From the NCBI GenBank assembly GCA_036172245.1, contig JAYWIR010000013.1:248001-312000 (forward strand): DNA of 64,000 nt. The letters are read 5' to 3'. This document shows positions 53,645-64,000 of this stretch, one piece after another (the stretch's first letter is position 1; every line of letters starts with the position of its first letter). Position numbers and translations under genes: made by a program. The DNA is from Raillietiella orientalis (Eukaryota). Under the pieces are notes generated by a model. The model did no database searches and was not told the DNA's origin. It saw only the letters and a list, made by a program, of their open reading frames with translations.

Positions 53645-53950
53645 GACTCCTTCCCGACGGACGACGAGTTCCCTGTCTTTGTTGCGCGTCACCCGAGGTC
53701 CAGGGGAGCAGCGGAGCCGGTGGTGGTGGCGGCGGCGGCAGCAGCTCGTCTGCCTCTGGCTCCCGGGTCTCCCCCTCCTGCAGTCACCACGGGAGACCGC
53801 GTGTGCGGCCTGACCTCCTCCGACATCGACAAGTACTCGCGCGTGGTGTTCCCGGTGTGCTTCGTCTGCTTCAACCTGACGTACTGGGTCGTATACCTGC
53901 ACGTCAGCGACGTCATCGCCGATGACCTGGTGCTCTTGGAGGAAGCGTGA
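53645..53950 (+). CDS. Rdl: Rdl-like last exon (M4); 5' boundary uncertain
   Basis: [47 protein letters not shown] is the RDL C-terminus; start at 53645 follows a pyrimidine tract and GAG and fits phase 0 (total about 596 aa). Confidence 0.85.
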   Translation, partial: DSFPTDDEFPVFVARHPRSRGAAEPVVVAAAAAARLPLAPGSPPPAVTTGDRVCGLTSSDIDKYSRVVFPVCFVCFNLTYWVVYLHVSDVIADDLVLLEEA

Positions 53951-54444
53951 CCTTCCCTTTCAAGGAAGCGCGACCACCCCCCTACTGAGCACTCCTTGCG
54001 CGTGCCCAGTGGCTCTCCTCCTCTTCCTCCTCCCTTTGCCAGGGAGGCCGGCGCCGGACGAGGACGACGACGGCGGCGGCGGCGGCGGCGGCGGCAAAGA
54101 GGGTGACGACGAGGGCGCCACGGGTCTCCTGACCTCATCAACCGTCCATTGCAGAAAGAGGGATCCGTCTGGGGGAGCGATGACTCTCGAAAGAGACTTC
54201 CTTCCCCACGACCCTCACATTACTGCGCCTTTACCACAGGACCTCAGAGTAAAAAAAAAAAAAAAGAAAAACCCACAACCTCCTACCTTTGACTTGGGTG
54301 GCAGCGTCAGCGGTAGAACCGATCCTCTGCATCCTCTCCTTTGAAAGTATGGTTACCTTCAGAAGGGAAGGGGGAGTGGGTGGGGAGGGTCCTGTCTTGG
54401 AGAGGAGGCAAGCCTACCAGACAACCTCCCCCCTCCCTTTCGAC

Positions 54445-54990
54445 ATGTCCTGCAGCTGCTGCAGAGCGCTCGCTTTCTCTTACGGCAGCAAGCACAGCGG
54501 ATGCTGCAGCAGCAGCAGCAGCAAGAGCAATCCCTGTAACAGTGAGAATGGCAGTGTTGGAAGGGCTGACGGCTGCAACAGCTACAGAAGCAACACTTGT
54601 GATATCAGCAGTAACCATTAGCAGCCTTGGTGGTCGTAGTCGTTACGAGAGCGGCGACGACTGCGACTGCTCCAGCGCAGGAACACTAGCAGGAAAAAGA
54701 GATCAATGAAATAATGATGACTGGAATCAGCAGCAATAGTAATTTTCAAAGTAATAATAATGACGGAACTGTGGAAGCATGAGTAAAGCTACTATTAGTA
54801 GCATACGTATCAGGAGTAGCAGCGGACACAAGAATGGTAGCCGCAAGGTAATCAACCAAGTGTCAATAACAACGGTAATGATCATGATCATAATAATATC
54901 TATGATGACAACATAATCAATACAGAGTAATACTAGAGGCATTGATACCAATATTATTACTTCTGCTACTGGTAAGGGCACAGTAACGAG
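54445..54990. repeat. Decayed trinucleotide repeat (CAG/GCA grading into TAA/TAG/TGA) in the probable Rdl-like 3'UTR
   Basis: 3-nt periodicity, e.g. gcagcagcagcagcagcaag and gtaataataatgac. Confidence 0.75.
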
Positions 54991-57900
54991 AATAGGAAGG
55001 ATGATTGTGGTACTAGTTCTGATGACACGGCTCTATTGTCTTGAATGGGTGCAACTGCGCCTTCCAGATGAACTTTCTTCCTGTCCTCATGCTCTTTCAG
55101 AGACAGCAGTCTCTCCCTGAGAATGCCGAATGCTGTGCGGTCAGAAAAACGGAGACACTCCTGTGCCGCGCGTGCTTTGTCGTGGTAATTCATCTGGAGC
55201 ATCGGGAAATCCGAAGCTGAGGAGAAGAAGCAGGATGCCAATGAGTTGCGTCTTTATCTCGAAGGCGATTTCTAAGGAAAGCGCTCGAGGGGATGACGAC
55301 GACGTGGGTGCTTCCAGTCGGCCCCAAGGTTGCCTGCTGAACTCCTCGAAATCTTAGCAATCGTAGTAAATCCAAGCATACTAGCACGACGGTACGGAGC
55401 TCTTTGCAACCATCCCGTTGCTAGGCTCTTCGTAGATAGCAACGGATACAACATGGATATATATCATCGCCGCACGGATGAAAAGTCCGAGCATCCATGC
55501 AGCCGGAAGAGGAAGGGTAGGTCACGCCTGAGTCTAGAAAAGGATTCGGGAAGTAAATTAATAAATGCAGGCACCTTCTTGGCTGGAACTCCAGTTACTT
55601 TCGTAAAAGACATCTTTTCAGGAAGATCCAAGTACTCAGATGCATTTCCCTTAGTCTTACACTGGTCCACTCAGTTGGTCTTTTTTTTTTTGGACATTCT
55701 TAAGGGTAGTCAAAGAGTCTGCTCAGCTTTCATCTTGAAGAGCCGAGCACTTGAAGCATCATTAGGAACGGCTCGCTGAATCCATACCATAAAGAGAGGT
55801 CGAGTTCCATGGATCCCACGGGTTATCATGTTGTTCTGGATGAAAGTTGGGAATCTCGAGACACTCCTACCAATCGTAAACCACGCTAAAAATCTTCGAC
55901 TGTCAAATGGTTGGAGTAACGGCAGGAGATCAAACTCTTGCGCTCGTTCTGCTTCGGAGGAACGCCTGGAATAACGCATGGAACGGAGTCAGTTGGATGT
56001 TCAGAATAGGGCGTTGCAGCCAAGCCACGAACGGAGGAGCAACGGACGGCGAAGAGGAATGTTGTACAAAAGACACCGTTCGATCTTCAGACACTTCAGG
56101 AGTTTTCTTCTCGAATCCACCTGACGAATGATGCAAGAAAGACTGATAAACTACCTGATCACCTGCCGCGGATGCATCATGCTTATTCCGATTATTTTTG
56201 AGATTTGGGGGCCGCAACTTCGCGTGATATTGAGGGTTTGGCCATCGGACCTTTCCCTCCCTCTCGACTACTTCCTCAGGTTTTACATTTTAATCTTAGC
56301 CGAAGGGCTGAGAAGATTTCCAGGCTTCGTGGAGTTCGACTGCCAAGAGAAGGACCCAAGTTCCTCTGTATTGCACATTATAAGCGCATCCTACGATTCA
56401 TCGCCTTTCGTCTATAGGAACCCCCTATGCAGGGAGGGCATGAATATCTACATGCCTTCCCATAGTTTCGCACCTCGACGAGGCCTGGACCAAGTCAGAG
56501 ACGTATGCAGCTTAGAATGAGTAGGCGCCGTTGCCCGATGAGACTGCGGGGTGTGGGTCTTCAAGAGGCTAAGGTGCTGCTGGCTACCTGGAGTTGGTCT
56601 TTGGGTCTTCTTTCCGGAGAACCCTCCGGGAAGAATGCGGGTACTCTTCAGCATTCGCGGACCAACCCCAGGAAATTTCGAGAATATGTTTCCACCCGCC
56701 TTCTTACTCGAACAGCCGAAAATCCATGACTGTTCATGGAGTTGGACAGGAGCTGACCGGAAACCCCTTCAGAGTCAGCCCTACCTGCACTCTTCGATGC
56801 GCTCTTCCCTTTTTTCGGTGAAGAAATGGGAAGGAACTGCCTACTCCGTCTCCGTCTGCAGGCAAGGATCTCACTCTCGTCGGTTATGGATTTGACCCAT
56901 ATAATGAAAGAGATCCACCAATCCAGCACCTCAAGCGGGCGTTTCTTCCTGGTTCTGTCCCGACATCATTAACTGGGATCTGCGTATGTGGAAACGACGA
57001 TGCTCAAGAGCGAGATCGTCTCTTCGTTGCGAGAGCATCCTGGTTCACCATCCTCGATCCCCTTCTTATCCTCGGATCGTTCCTCTTCCTTCTTCGACAT
57101 TATTGAGTCTTTAGAGGCAACCTGCAGTTACCCGTATGTGCCTTTGACAATAAGTTCCTGAATTCCTCATTTGCGGGCCTTCTCACTTCCTCTTTCCCAC
57201 GTGCCGCCTGGACAGTGCTGCATAGCCTCTCCTAGTGTGCCTGTTAGTGACCGGACACCCCATCCCGTGACCTCGGGAAGATCCCTTCGCTCTTCCGAAA
57301 TTCCAAGGAATATCCTTTGTGATTCCTTTTCTTGTGCAGCTGTGAGTGTACATGGTGAATTCCACGTGCACATGAGGGCTGCCTTCGTCGTTAACCACCT
57401 CTTGACAGTCAGGACGGCTTCAGCCAATCATGAGAGGGTCTCATTGCATCGTGAATTCACCTCTGCTTGCCGAACGTAAAACATCAGCAGATCGTGGGCA
57501 TCACACCTGGTAGAAAAGACGAAAATCAGGAAGCAAATGAAGGAAATTCTCCTACTGTCTTATCCCTCCATCCTCTTTTTTCCTTTCCTTCCTCTCTTCC
57601 CGCACGGACGGGGCAGGCTACCAATTCGACTTCGCCCTGAGATGGTGCTCCCTGCGGAGTTTGAACGGGCCAAAGTCTTGATGATGCGTTCCGCTAGGCA
57701 TGTCAACCCCTTTGATTCTCTTCTGGGTCCCCCTGAAACCAGGACGGGGATGCAGCTGCCCTCTTCTTCCTCGGAAGCGGTCTCCGAGGAGCACTTCTAG
57801 GTTGTCGAAGTTGGGCTGGAGGTTGACGCCCGAGAGCACATCAAAGTAGGCCCCTCCTCTGGAGAAAGCATTCCGCTCCTGGCTCCAAGACATGACAGCC

Positions 57901-59552
57901 CGCACGACCGTTCCTTGCAAAGATCCGGGATGCTGTTTTGGCAACCTTCCAACTTCTCGAGGCATCAGGGAAACACCCTTTCGCTCTGGTGGAAGGTACC
58001 CTTCTCCTCCGGAGACGCATTTCCACCCACGGGAGCACTTAGCCCTACATAGTTCCAGCATCCCTCTTCATGCTTACCTACCCTAGATCTTCTTCATTTC
58101 CCTTGATTTGGAAGGAGGAAGACGATACTCTGGACAGAGAGACGGAAGAAGACGCCACCTTGCAGGGAACCGTGGTTAGGATTCCCTTTTTTCGGAACTC
58201 CAGAAGCGTGGACTGTGCTCGGAAGTTATTTTTAGACAGAAGACCTTGGTGGACAACTCTCATGGGCCGCCAAGGAGTCAAGACACTCTTCTTGGTTCCT
58301 CTTCTTTCCATCTTCCCTACCGCTGCTGCGCAGGTGCTGCTGGCGCCTTCAGCACTTTCATGACCATTCCAGAGAGCTTCCTTTTCTTCGATCCTGTCCC
58401 TACTCCTGGAAGAAAATGGACCGGGAACGTGCGCACACTCCGTGGAGCGTGCACCCTGACGGCAAAAGATTCCTGTGACCAAAGTCTGCCTTTCTCTCCA
58501 ACCTCTTCCCAGAGGTAGCAGAAGCTACTTTCACTTCCGCATCCAACCGGATTCCACCGTCTTCTCGTTTATCCTTTCTTCGCTCCTCTTTTTTTTCGCT
58601 CTTCCTTTCGCACTCCTAACCCGTTCCGGACTGGTGACGTCTTCAACCGAACGACCATGAAATGGGAAGAGAGAGAAGGGAGGAGCAAGTATTCATGTGG
58701 CCCTCCACACCTTCCTTGAGATGGAAATCTTCCTTCTGAAGAGCTTTTCCTGTCCATCGTCTTCGGCGAGGTCTGTTTTGCACCACAAGAACAGCAAGGA
58801 CAGTGGAAACCGAATATCTCTATGGCTAGAGGAGAAAAAGACCGGATTCTTTGGTGGCTCCAAGGACCAAGGGTTTCCAAGGAAACAGAAAAGAAAAAAA
58901 AATTCAATCAGTTTCCAGTATGAAAAGCACCACCCTGAAGGTCACAAATTATTGAAAGTGGTGCGATGGAGGCCATCCGCTTTCTCAGGAGTTCATCAGG
59001 AGACGACAGCGTAAGTGATGCGGGGTAGGATCCGCTTGGTTGCTGGAGTCTGTCGAGTAGATCCGAAATCGTTGACTACCTAATTCCCTTTTTTTCTCTC
59101 TCCATGCCATCTGCACTTAGCTTGGGTCCACGTGAGCCATCCGACCTATTTAAAAAATCTTTGCATCTTCCGCGAGTCCATACCCCTCCCCCTTTTCCGG
59201 CCATCGAAGGCACGGAGGCCCAAGTCTCCTCCTCACAGCGGAAAGGTTGAACCCTCCAGCACTGCGCTTCGGTCATAACGGTTGATCTTTCCTCCCCCTG
59301 CCCCCTAGCCTCGTTCAGAAATATCCGGTTGAGCTCCCTACCTGTTCGGGGGGAAAGCGCCATGGCGTAGTCGGTAGTTCTTACTGCCTATATTTGCCGG
59401 AGCTGTGACTAGTAACGCCTCAGGAGTGGGACAGGCAATGGGGAATCTGCTCTTCGACTCGTCCCGGTTTTTAAGAGGGAACAGATGAGTCGGCTGGCAG
59501 CATCCGAGATGCCGTCAGCACCTGAAAGGGAGGGCGTCTCCTTCAGGTAAAG

Positions 59553-59847
59553 ATGGAAGCATGGAACAAGAGCTCCCTGAGCAGGCGAATCACGGGCAGC
59601 ATGCTGTGCGCTCCCTACATCAGCAGCTGCATGCTGGCAGTTCCCAAGGATGTAGCTTCAGAGGAGAGAGAAGGAAAGAACCGCTTCCTTTTCACCGTAA
59701 AGAGCTGTGCCTCGGAGGAAAAGATGGCGCCCTCCCTCAGTTCCACCTCGGGAAGGAACTCCTCCCCGCTTCCGTTCCAGGATTCTCCCTCCGTCACACT
59801 GAAGGACAGGAGCAGCAACCTCACTTACGTCGTCGATGAACCTGACG
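59553..59847 (+). CDS. Coiled-coil protein gene, putative first coding exon
   Basis: Open frame from ATG 59553 to G|GTAGGA (phase 1) joining the next exon in frame; the true start could lie upstream. Confidence 0.45.
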
Positions 59848-60056
59848 GTAGGAGGGCTCACCCCGTAACGTTTGGGGGGGATGATAGGAAAGCACCCGCA
59901 CCAAACGTCCGCGCTTCATCTCCTTCTCTCGCTGGTGGTCCGGCGCGATCGAACGCGCGTGAAAGCGCGAGTGTCAGCGTTCGAGAGAGCTGAACGTCGC
60001 ACGTCCTCTTCCCCCTTTGCCTTTTCCTTTCTATGGCTGCAACTCCTATGTTTCAG

Positions 60057-60117
60057 GAAGGACGAGCATGGGGCTAGAGGACGAGAAGGGAGGTGAAATC
60101 ATCGGAACGAGTCGGGG
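60057..60117 (+). CDS. Coiled-coil protein gene, putative exon
   Basis: TTTCAG acceptor, GTGAGT donor, phase 1 to 2, GRTSMGLEDEKGGEIIGTSR. Confidence 0.5.
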
Positions 60118-60250
60118 GTGAGTGAGCGTTCTCCTTCAGCTGGACCGCCTTCTGCTGCCTTTCGGGACCGTTCCCGTCACGATAGCAACAGCGGGGATGA
60201 GACGGGAACGGGATCTGGCCAATCCGCTTTCCCCGGAGAGCCTGTTTCAG

Positions 60251-60404
60251 GGACGTCACGGAAGAGGAATGCTCTGTGCTGAAGATCGACCTGTTTTCGA
60301 TCCCCTCTGCATCTGAGGAGTCCGTCTGCATCGCTACAGAGCTGCATGGAGGATATAACGACATCACCCTGCTGGAGGAGGAGTCTGCGGAAGTTTCTCG
60401 ATGC
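60251..60404 (+). CDS. Coiled-coil protein gene, putative exon
   Basis: TTTCAG acceptor, GTAACG donor, phase 2 to 0, DVTEEECSVLKIDLFSIPS...EEESAEVSRC. Confidence 0.5.
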
Positions 60405-60825
60405 GTAACGACCTTTTCTCTTTTTAAGAGAGCAGCACCCTTTCTTCGCGTCCGCATCTTTGCTTACCAGGGCTTTCTGCGCCGCAGAAGCACGGACTGC
60501 TGCTTTGATCTCTCACGGGAAGCAGAAGGGAACGTTTTCCTACGAGGCAACGGGGGACCTATTTCAGGCAGAGGTGAAGAAAGGAATCCATCTCACGCGA
60601 GGTGACTCATCTCTGGGGAGACCAGCTCTCCAGTTTCACCAAAAGCCATTATGACAGCCTCTTTGCCTCATCGCCTTCGAGAGGGGTAGAGGACCTTGGG
60701 GAAACTGGGATGCGAGAGAGGCAGAGCGTAGAGCAGTTGTTTTTTGCTTGTGAGGGGCAGCGCAAGCTGCCAGTGCGCTGCAACAGTCTCCCTAACCACA
60801 GAAGCCTGCACTTTCCTCTTTCCAG

Positions 60826-61203
60826 ATTGAGGAGATGGACTTGAGGTTCGTGAGGCTATCGGAGACGCTCAAGTGTATTCAGGAGAAGCGCCGTGAGATC
60901 ATGAGAGTCGCGAATGCCTCTCAGGCCACGATGTCCTGCTTGAATCCCGCTCGTCCGGTGAGCAGGAAACCCTACCCGTTCCAAGAGGTGTGGCAGGGAT
61001 GGAAGCCGTGCGACCTGGAAATCCTAAGGCAGAAGCTCGCAGACGTTGAGAAGCAGAAGAACACCTGCGAGAACGAACTTCTCAATTCCTGCGAAAGGCA
61101 ACAGCTGTCACTGAAGATCAAGAACGAGCTGAGGAGGCAGCTCCATACGCACAAGAAGCAGTGCCTGAACCTGCAGAAAAAGGCCAGGAGCTTGATAAAG
61201 GCG
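60826..61203 (+). CDS. Coiled-coil protein exon (378 nt; tentatively CCDC146/CFAP58-like, unverified)
   Basis: TTCCAG and GTAAGA boundaries, phase 0/0, heptad-rich IEEMDLRFVRLSETLK...LEILRQKLADVEKQKN. Confidence 0.75.
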
Positions 61204-62218
61204 GTAAGACGGAAGGGACTGCTATCCGGCTGCGGATGAGGGGGTTCTGGTCGTGCCAATGTGCGTCGTCTAGTGGGAGCGACGACGGTGCTAATCAGCG
61301 GACGGTCTCCGATGGGCGGTCCTCTGAAGGCTGCGCGCCGTTCGCACAGGGCTGAAGAGAATGCTCAAGAAAAGGTACAATAGCTCCCTCGTGCTTGATG
61401 GAGGGAGCCCGCGATACCGTGTCCTTTGTTGATTAGTCCCAGAACCTTATTACGAGGGCGCTTAGACGTTCTTTGGCTTCCCTTGCCGGTCTCCATCTTC
61501 TTTGGGTGCCCCCACACGGATGTTTTCTGAAGGATACCCTCTGAGAGCACCCACTCCAAGCTTTTCACGAGTCCCTCTAGAGGACTTCCTGGGTGGGGAA
61601 GGAAACTGCGGTCACGGGCACTCTCTTTATCGTTGTCCAGCACAGGAGGTTCCAGTAGCACCTTCTCGTGGAGGAAGAGAAAGAGACGGAAGAACGCATC
61701 TCGCGTGCAGGAACGGATAGTTCAGGCAGAGTTCTTTCCTCGGCGCGGTGGAAAGTTCGCCTCGCTGGCGAATTTTTTAGCTCGAAGGCTGGGAATCCCT
61801 GCCGCAGAGAGAACTGCCATCATCAGATAGGTGGTATCCTCGTCTGGAAAAGGAAGGGATGGGAGGTTCAGGGAGATGCGAGAAGCGCCAAGTGGGAAGG
61901 AAGCTCAAACCAGGAGATTCTCTTCCGCGGCTACAGCAGCAGCAACGTCCGGGAGGGTCTCCTTACACGTGCGACCTTGAGACGACAAGAGATCGCGACC
62001 CCCTCCTCTTGTGTCAGCGGAGAGGGTGCCTTGCAGAGCAGCAACGATTCCGTGACCGAGAGGTGGGGGCGAGTGAAGGTCCGACATGGAGGGAGCGAAG
62101 GTGCCAAGGTTCCAAGGCCCGACCTGCCAGGGAAAGGAGGAAGGATATGCCTATCTCCAGCACGCTGCGGGGCTCTCCCTCGAGAGTAGGGTACCTTTCA
62201 CTCCGTCTCTGGTTGCAG

Positions 62219-62587
62219 AAAGGAGCGGCTGCCCGGAATACACAAAAAATGAAGACCCAGTTGGCAGAGACAGGACGGAGGCTGGAGGAGCTCCTGGGCA
62301 CCAAGAGAGACGAGTCGAGACGGGTTCTGGAGCAGAAGAAGGAGCTTGCCAGGATGAAGCAGCTGGAGACGAGGGCCAGAGAGGATCTGGAGTCCGGGCG
62401 GACAAGAATCCGAGAAATGGAGAGAAAGCTGGCTGAGAAGAAGACGCTCAACGAGTCTGTGAAGGCGCAGGTCGAGGACCTCGGACGAGATGTAGACAGA
62501 GATGCCCGCAGGCTGGACCTGGAGAGGTGCTCCCAGCAGGAGGGTGCCAACCACATCCAGAGATGCATCGAGACCCACCGGAAGCAG
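62219..62587 (+). CDS. Coiled-coil protein exon (369 nt)
   Basis: TTGCAG acceptor; E/K/R/L-rich heptads; ends at a CAG|GCAGGT GC donor required for frame. Confidence 0.75.
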
Positions 62588-62852
62588 GCAGGTGGCGGGA
62601 CGGGGAAAAATGAAAGGAGGGTCTGGAAGGATGCACCCAGGAGGCGCTTTCTCCGCGTTCCCTTGAACTTTCCTGGGAAGGAAGAGTGAAATGCGGAAGG
62701 GTCCTGGGATAGAGGGATAGATGGACGCATCGGAAGAAGAGACCAACATATACTTTCCCGTCCCTTTTCCCTCCTGCCCGTCCACTTTCCCTCTTCTTTC
62801 CCCTTCTGTTCCTCTCACACTCGGAATCCACATTGACGGCCGCCCCCCCCAG

Positions 62853-63221
62853 GAGCTGAGTCTCAACTGCCGCCTGCAGAAGGGAGTCTCGAAGAAGAAG
62901 ATTCTAGAGGTCCGCCTCTTGGAGGCGGCGGCGTGCCGGGAGGAGATGCAGGGGCGCCTCGAGACGAGCCGCCGGCTGGCAGAGGAGGCCGTCGAGAGTG
63001 CCCGGCGGCGGAAGCAGGAAGTCGCCGGGCTGCGCAAGCGAGCACAGTCCCTCTCACGAAGGAAGGAAAACTCGCGGAGCGAGATGGAGAAGGCTCGAGG
63101 AAGCATTGCAAAGGAGACCGAGCGCGTCGCCGCCAGGATGCGCGCCCTCAAGGAGCGCATCCGCCTGGAGAAGGAGGACGCGGACGACATCACGAAGCAC
63201 ATCGAAGCCAAAAACGCCATC
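62853..63221 (+). CDS. Coiled-coil protein exon (369 nt)
   Basis: CCCCAG and GTGAGT boundaries, phase 0/0, ELSLNCRLQKG...ITKHIEAKNAI. Confidence 0.78.
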
Positions 63222-63853
63222 GTGAGTAGTGGTAGGAGGAATAGACGGAGAAGAGAGGGGAGGAAGGGAAGGGAAAGACTCGTCCACTCTTCGCGAAGGT
63301 GGTGTGGAGGCGTTTCCTCGGAAACTGGTCTTCCCCGGAGCGCGCGCGCTTCCCTCGAAAAGCTGGCTAGAGAAGTCGGGGGAGACGCTGACCTTCTCTT
63401 CCGCGAGCATCTTCAACAACTTCAGGAGCATCCATCTTCCTTTCACTGACATGGGAAAGGAACCGCACAGCTTCGTGTCTTCCTCGTCCTCCCTTACCTC
63501 CGATTTTATCTTTCGGGTTATTCTCGGGAATGGCCTTTGGGTTTCCTCGGACTAATTATCAACTGCCGGAAGAGGGAAGGTCATTTCCAAAGCGTGCAGC
63601 TCTTCTTTGAAGACGGCACTTTTGTCCTGCTTTTCGGAAGCATTCATCGTAAAAGCTCTGGCAACCGAAAGGCCTGACGAAAGGGAAGAGGAAGAGACGT
63701 GTTCCTCTCCTGTCATTGCTGAATTGGGGAGCTGTTAACTTCTTGTGACCTCCCGGGATAACGAGATGCGGGAGCTTGGTTTTGATGAGGGGAGGCTAAG
63801 CGTCCCTTCACAAGCAGAGGCCAGCTCGACTGACCCCTTACTTACATCCTCAG

Positions 63854-64000
63854 GCCGATGATCTCAGCTGCAAGTTGGAAGCTCTGAGCTCGCAGATCAA
63901 GGACCTGACCCAAAAGATTCGCTGCAGGCAGTCCCGTAACGCTGACGACGAGGCGGCAGCCGAGTTCACGGCTCGCAGTGTCGCCAAGCTGCGGGGCGAG
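63854..64000 (+). CDS. Coiled-coil protein exon, truncated by window end
   Basis: CCTCAG acceptor, open frame ADDLSCKLEALSSQIKDLTQKIR to the end of the window. Confidence 0.7.

Noticed and set aside
55700..57000. Possible Tc1-like transposase fragments (FMVW, CPDIINWDLRMW)
   Set aside because: Motifs are weak, on different strands, and no terminal inverted repeats were found.
62014..63220. Minus-strand 238-aa and 340-aa ORFs
   Set aside because: Antisense shadows of the E/K/R-rich coiled-coil exons.
1..64000. Prokaryote-type systems (CRISPR arrays, operons, rRNA or tRNA genes)
   Set aside because: None seen; the window has spliceosomal gene structure throughout.

Overview
Eukaryotic (arthropod-like) genomic window; most ORFs in the supplied track are spurious products of GC-rich introns and intergenic DNA. 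From left to right: (1) the probable last exon of an unidentified + strand gene, tail-to-tail with (2) a complete minus-strand DET1 gene (3 coding exons, about 555 aa, 41- and 39-nt introns, AT-rich and CpG-poor); (3) a GC-rich intergenic stretch with decayed non-LTR retrotransposon remnants; (4) a divergent Rdl-like GABA-gated chloride channel gene (+, about 9 coding exons, 29650-53950) with Tyr at the M2 2' position, genomically encoded V327I-, T345S- and I283V-equivalent residues, a Q-to-P change in the Cys-loop and no visible duplicate exons 3/6; its introns hold a 1-kb palindromic mariner derivative with 249 bp of identical arms and a U6 snRNA pseudogene extended into a 21-bp fold-back hairpin; (5) the 5' part of a multi-exon coiled-coil protein gene with a predicted GC-AG intron, running off the window end. 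All gene models were built by eye from splice signals, phase and recalled family sequences; no searches were run.
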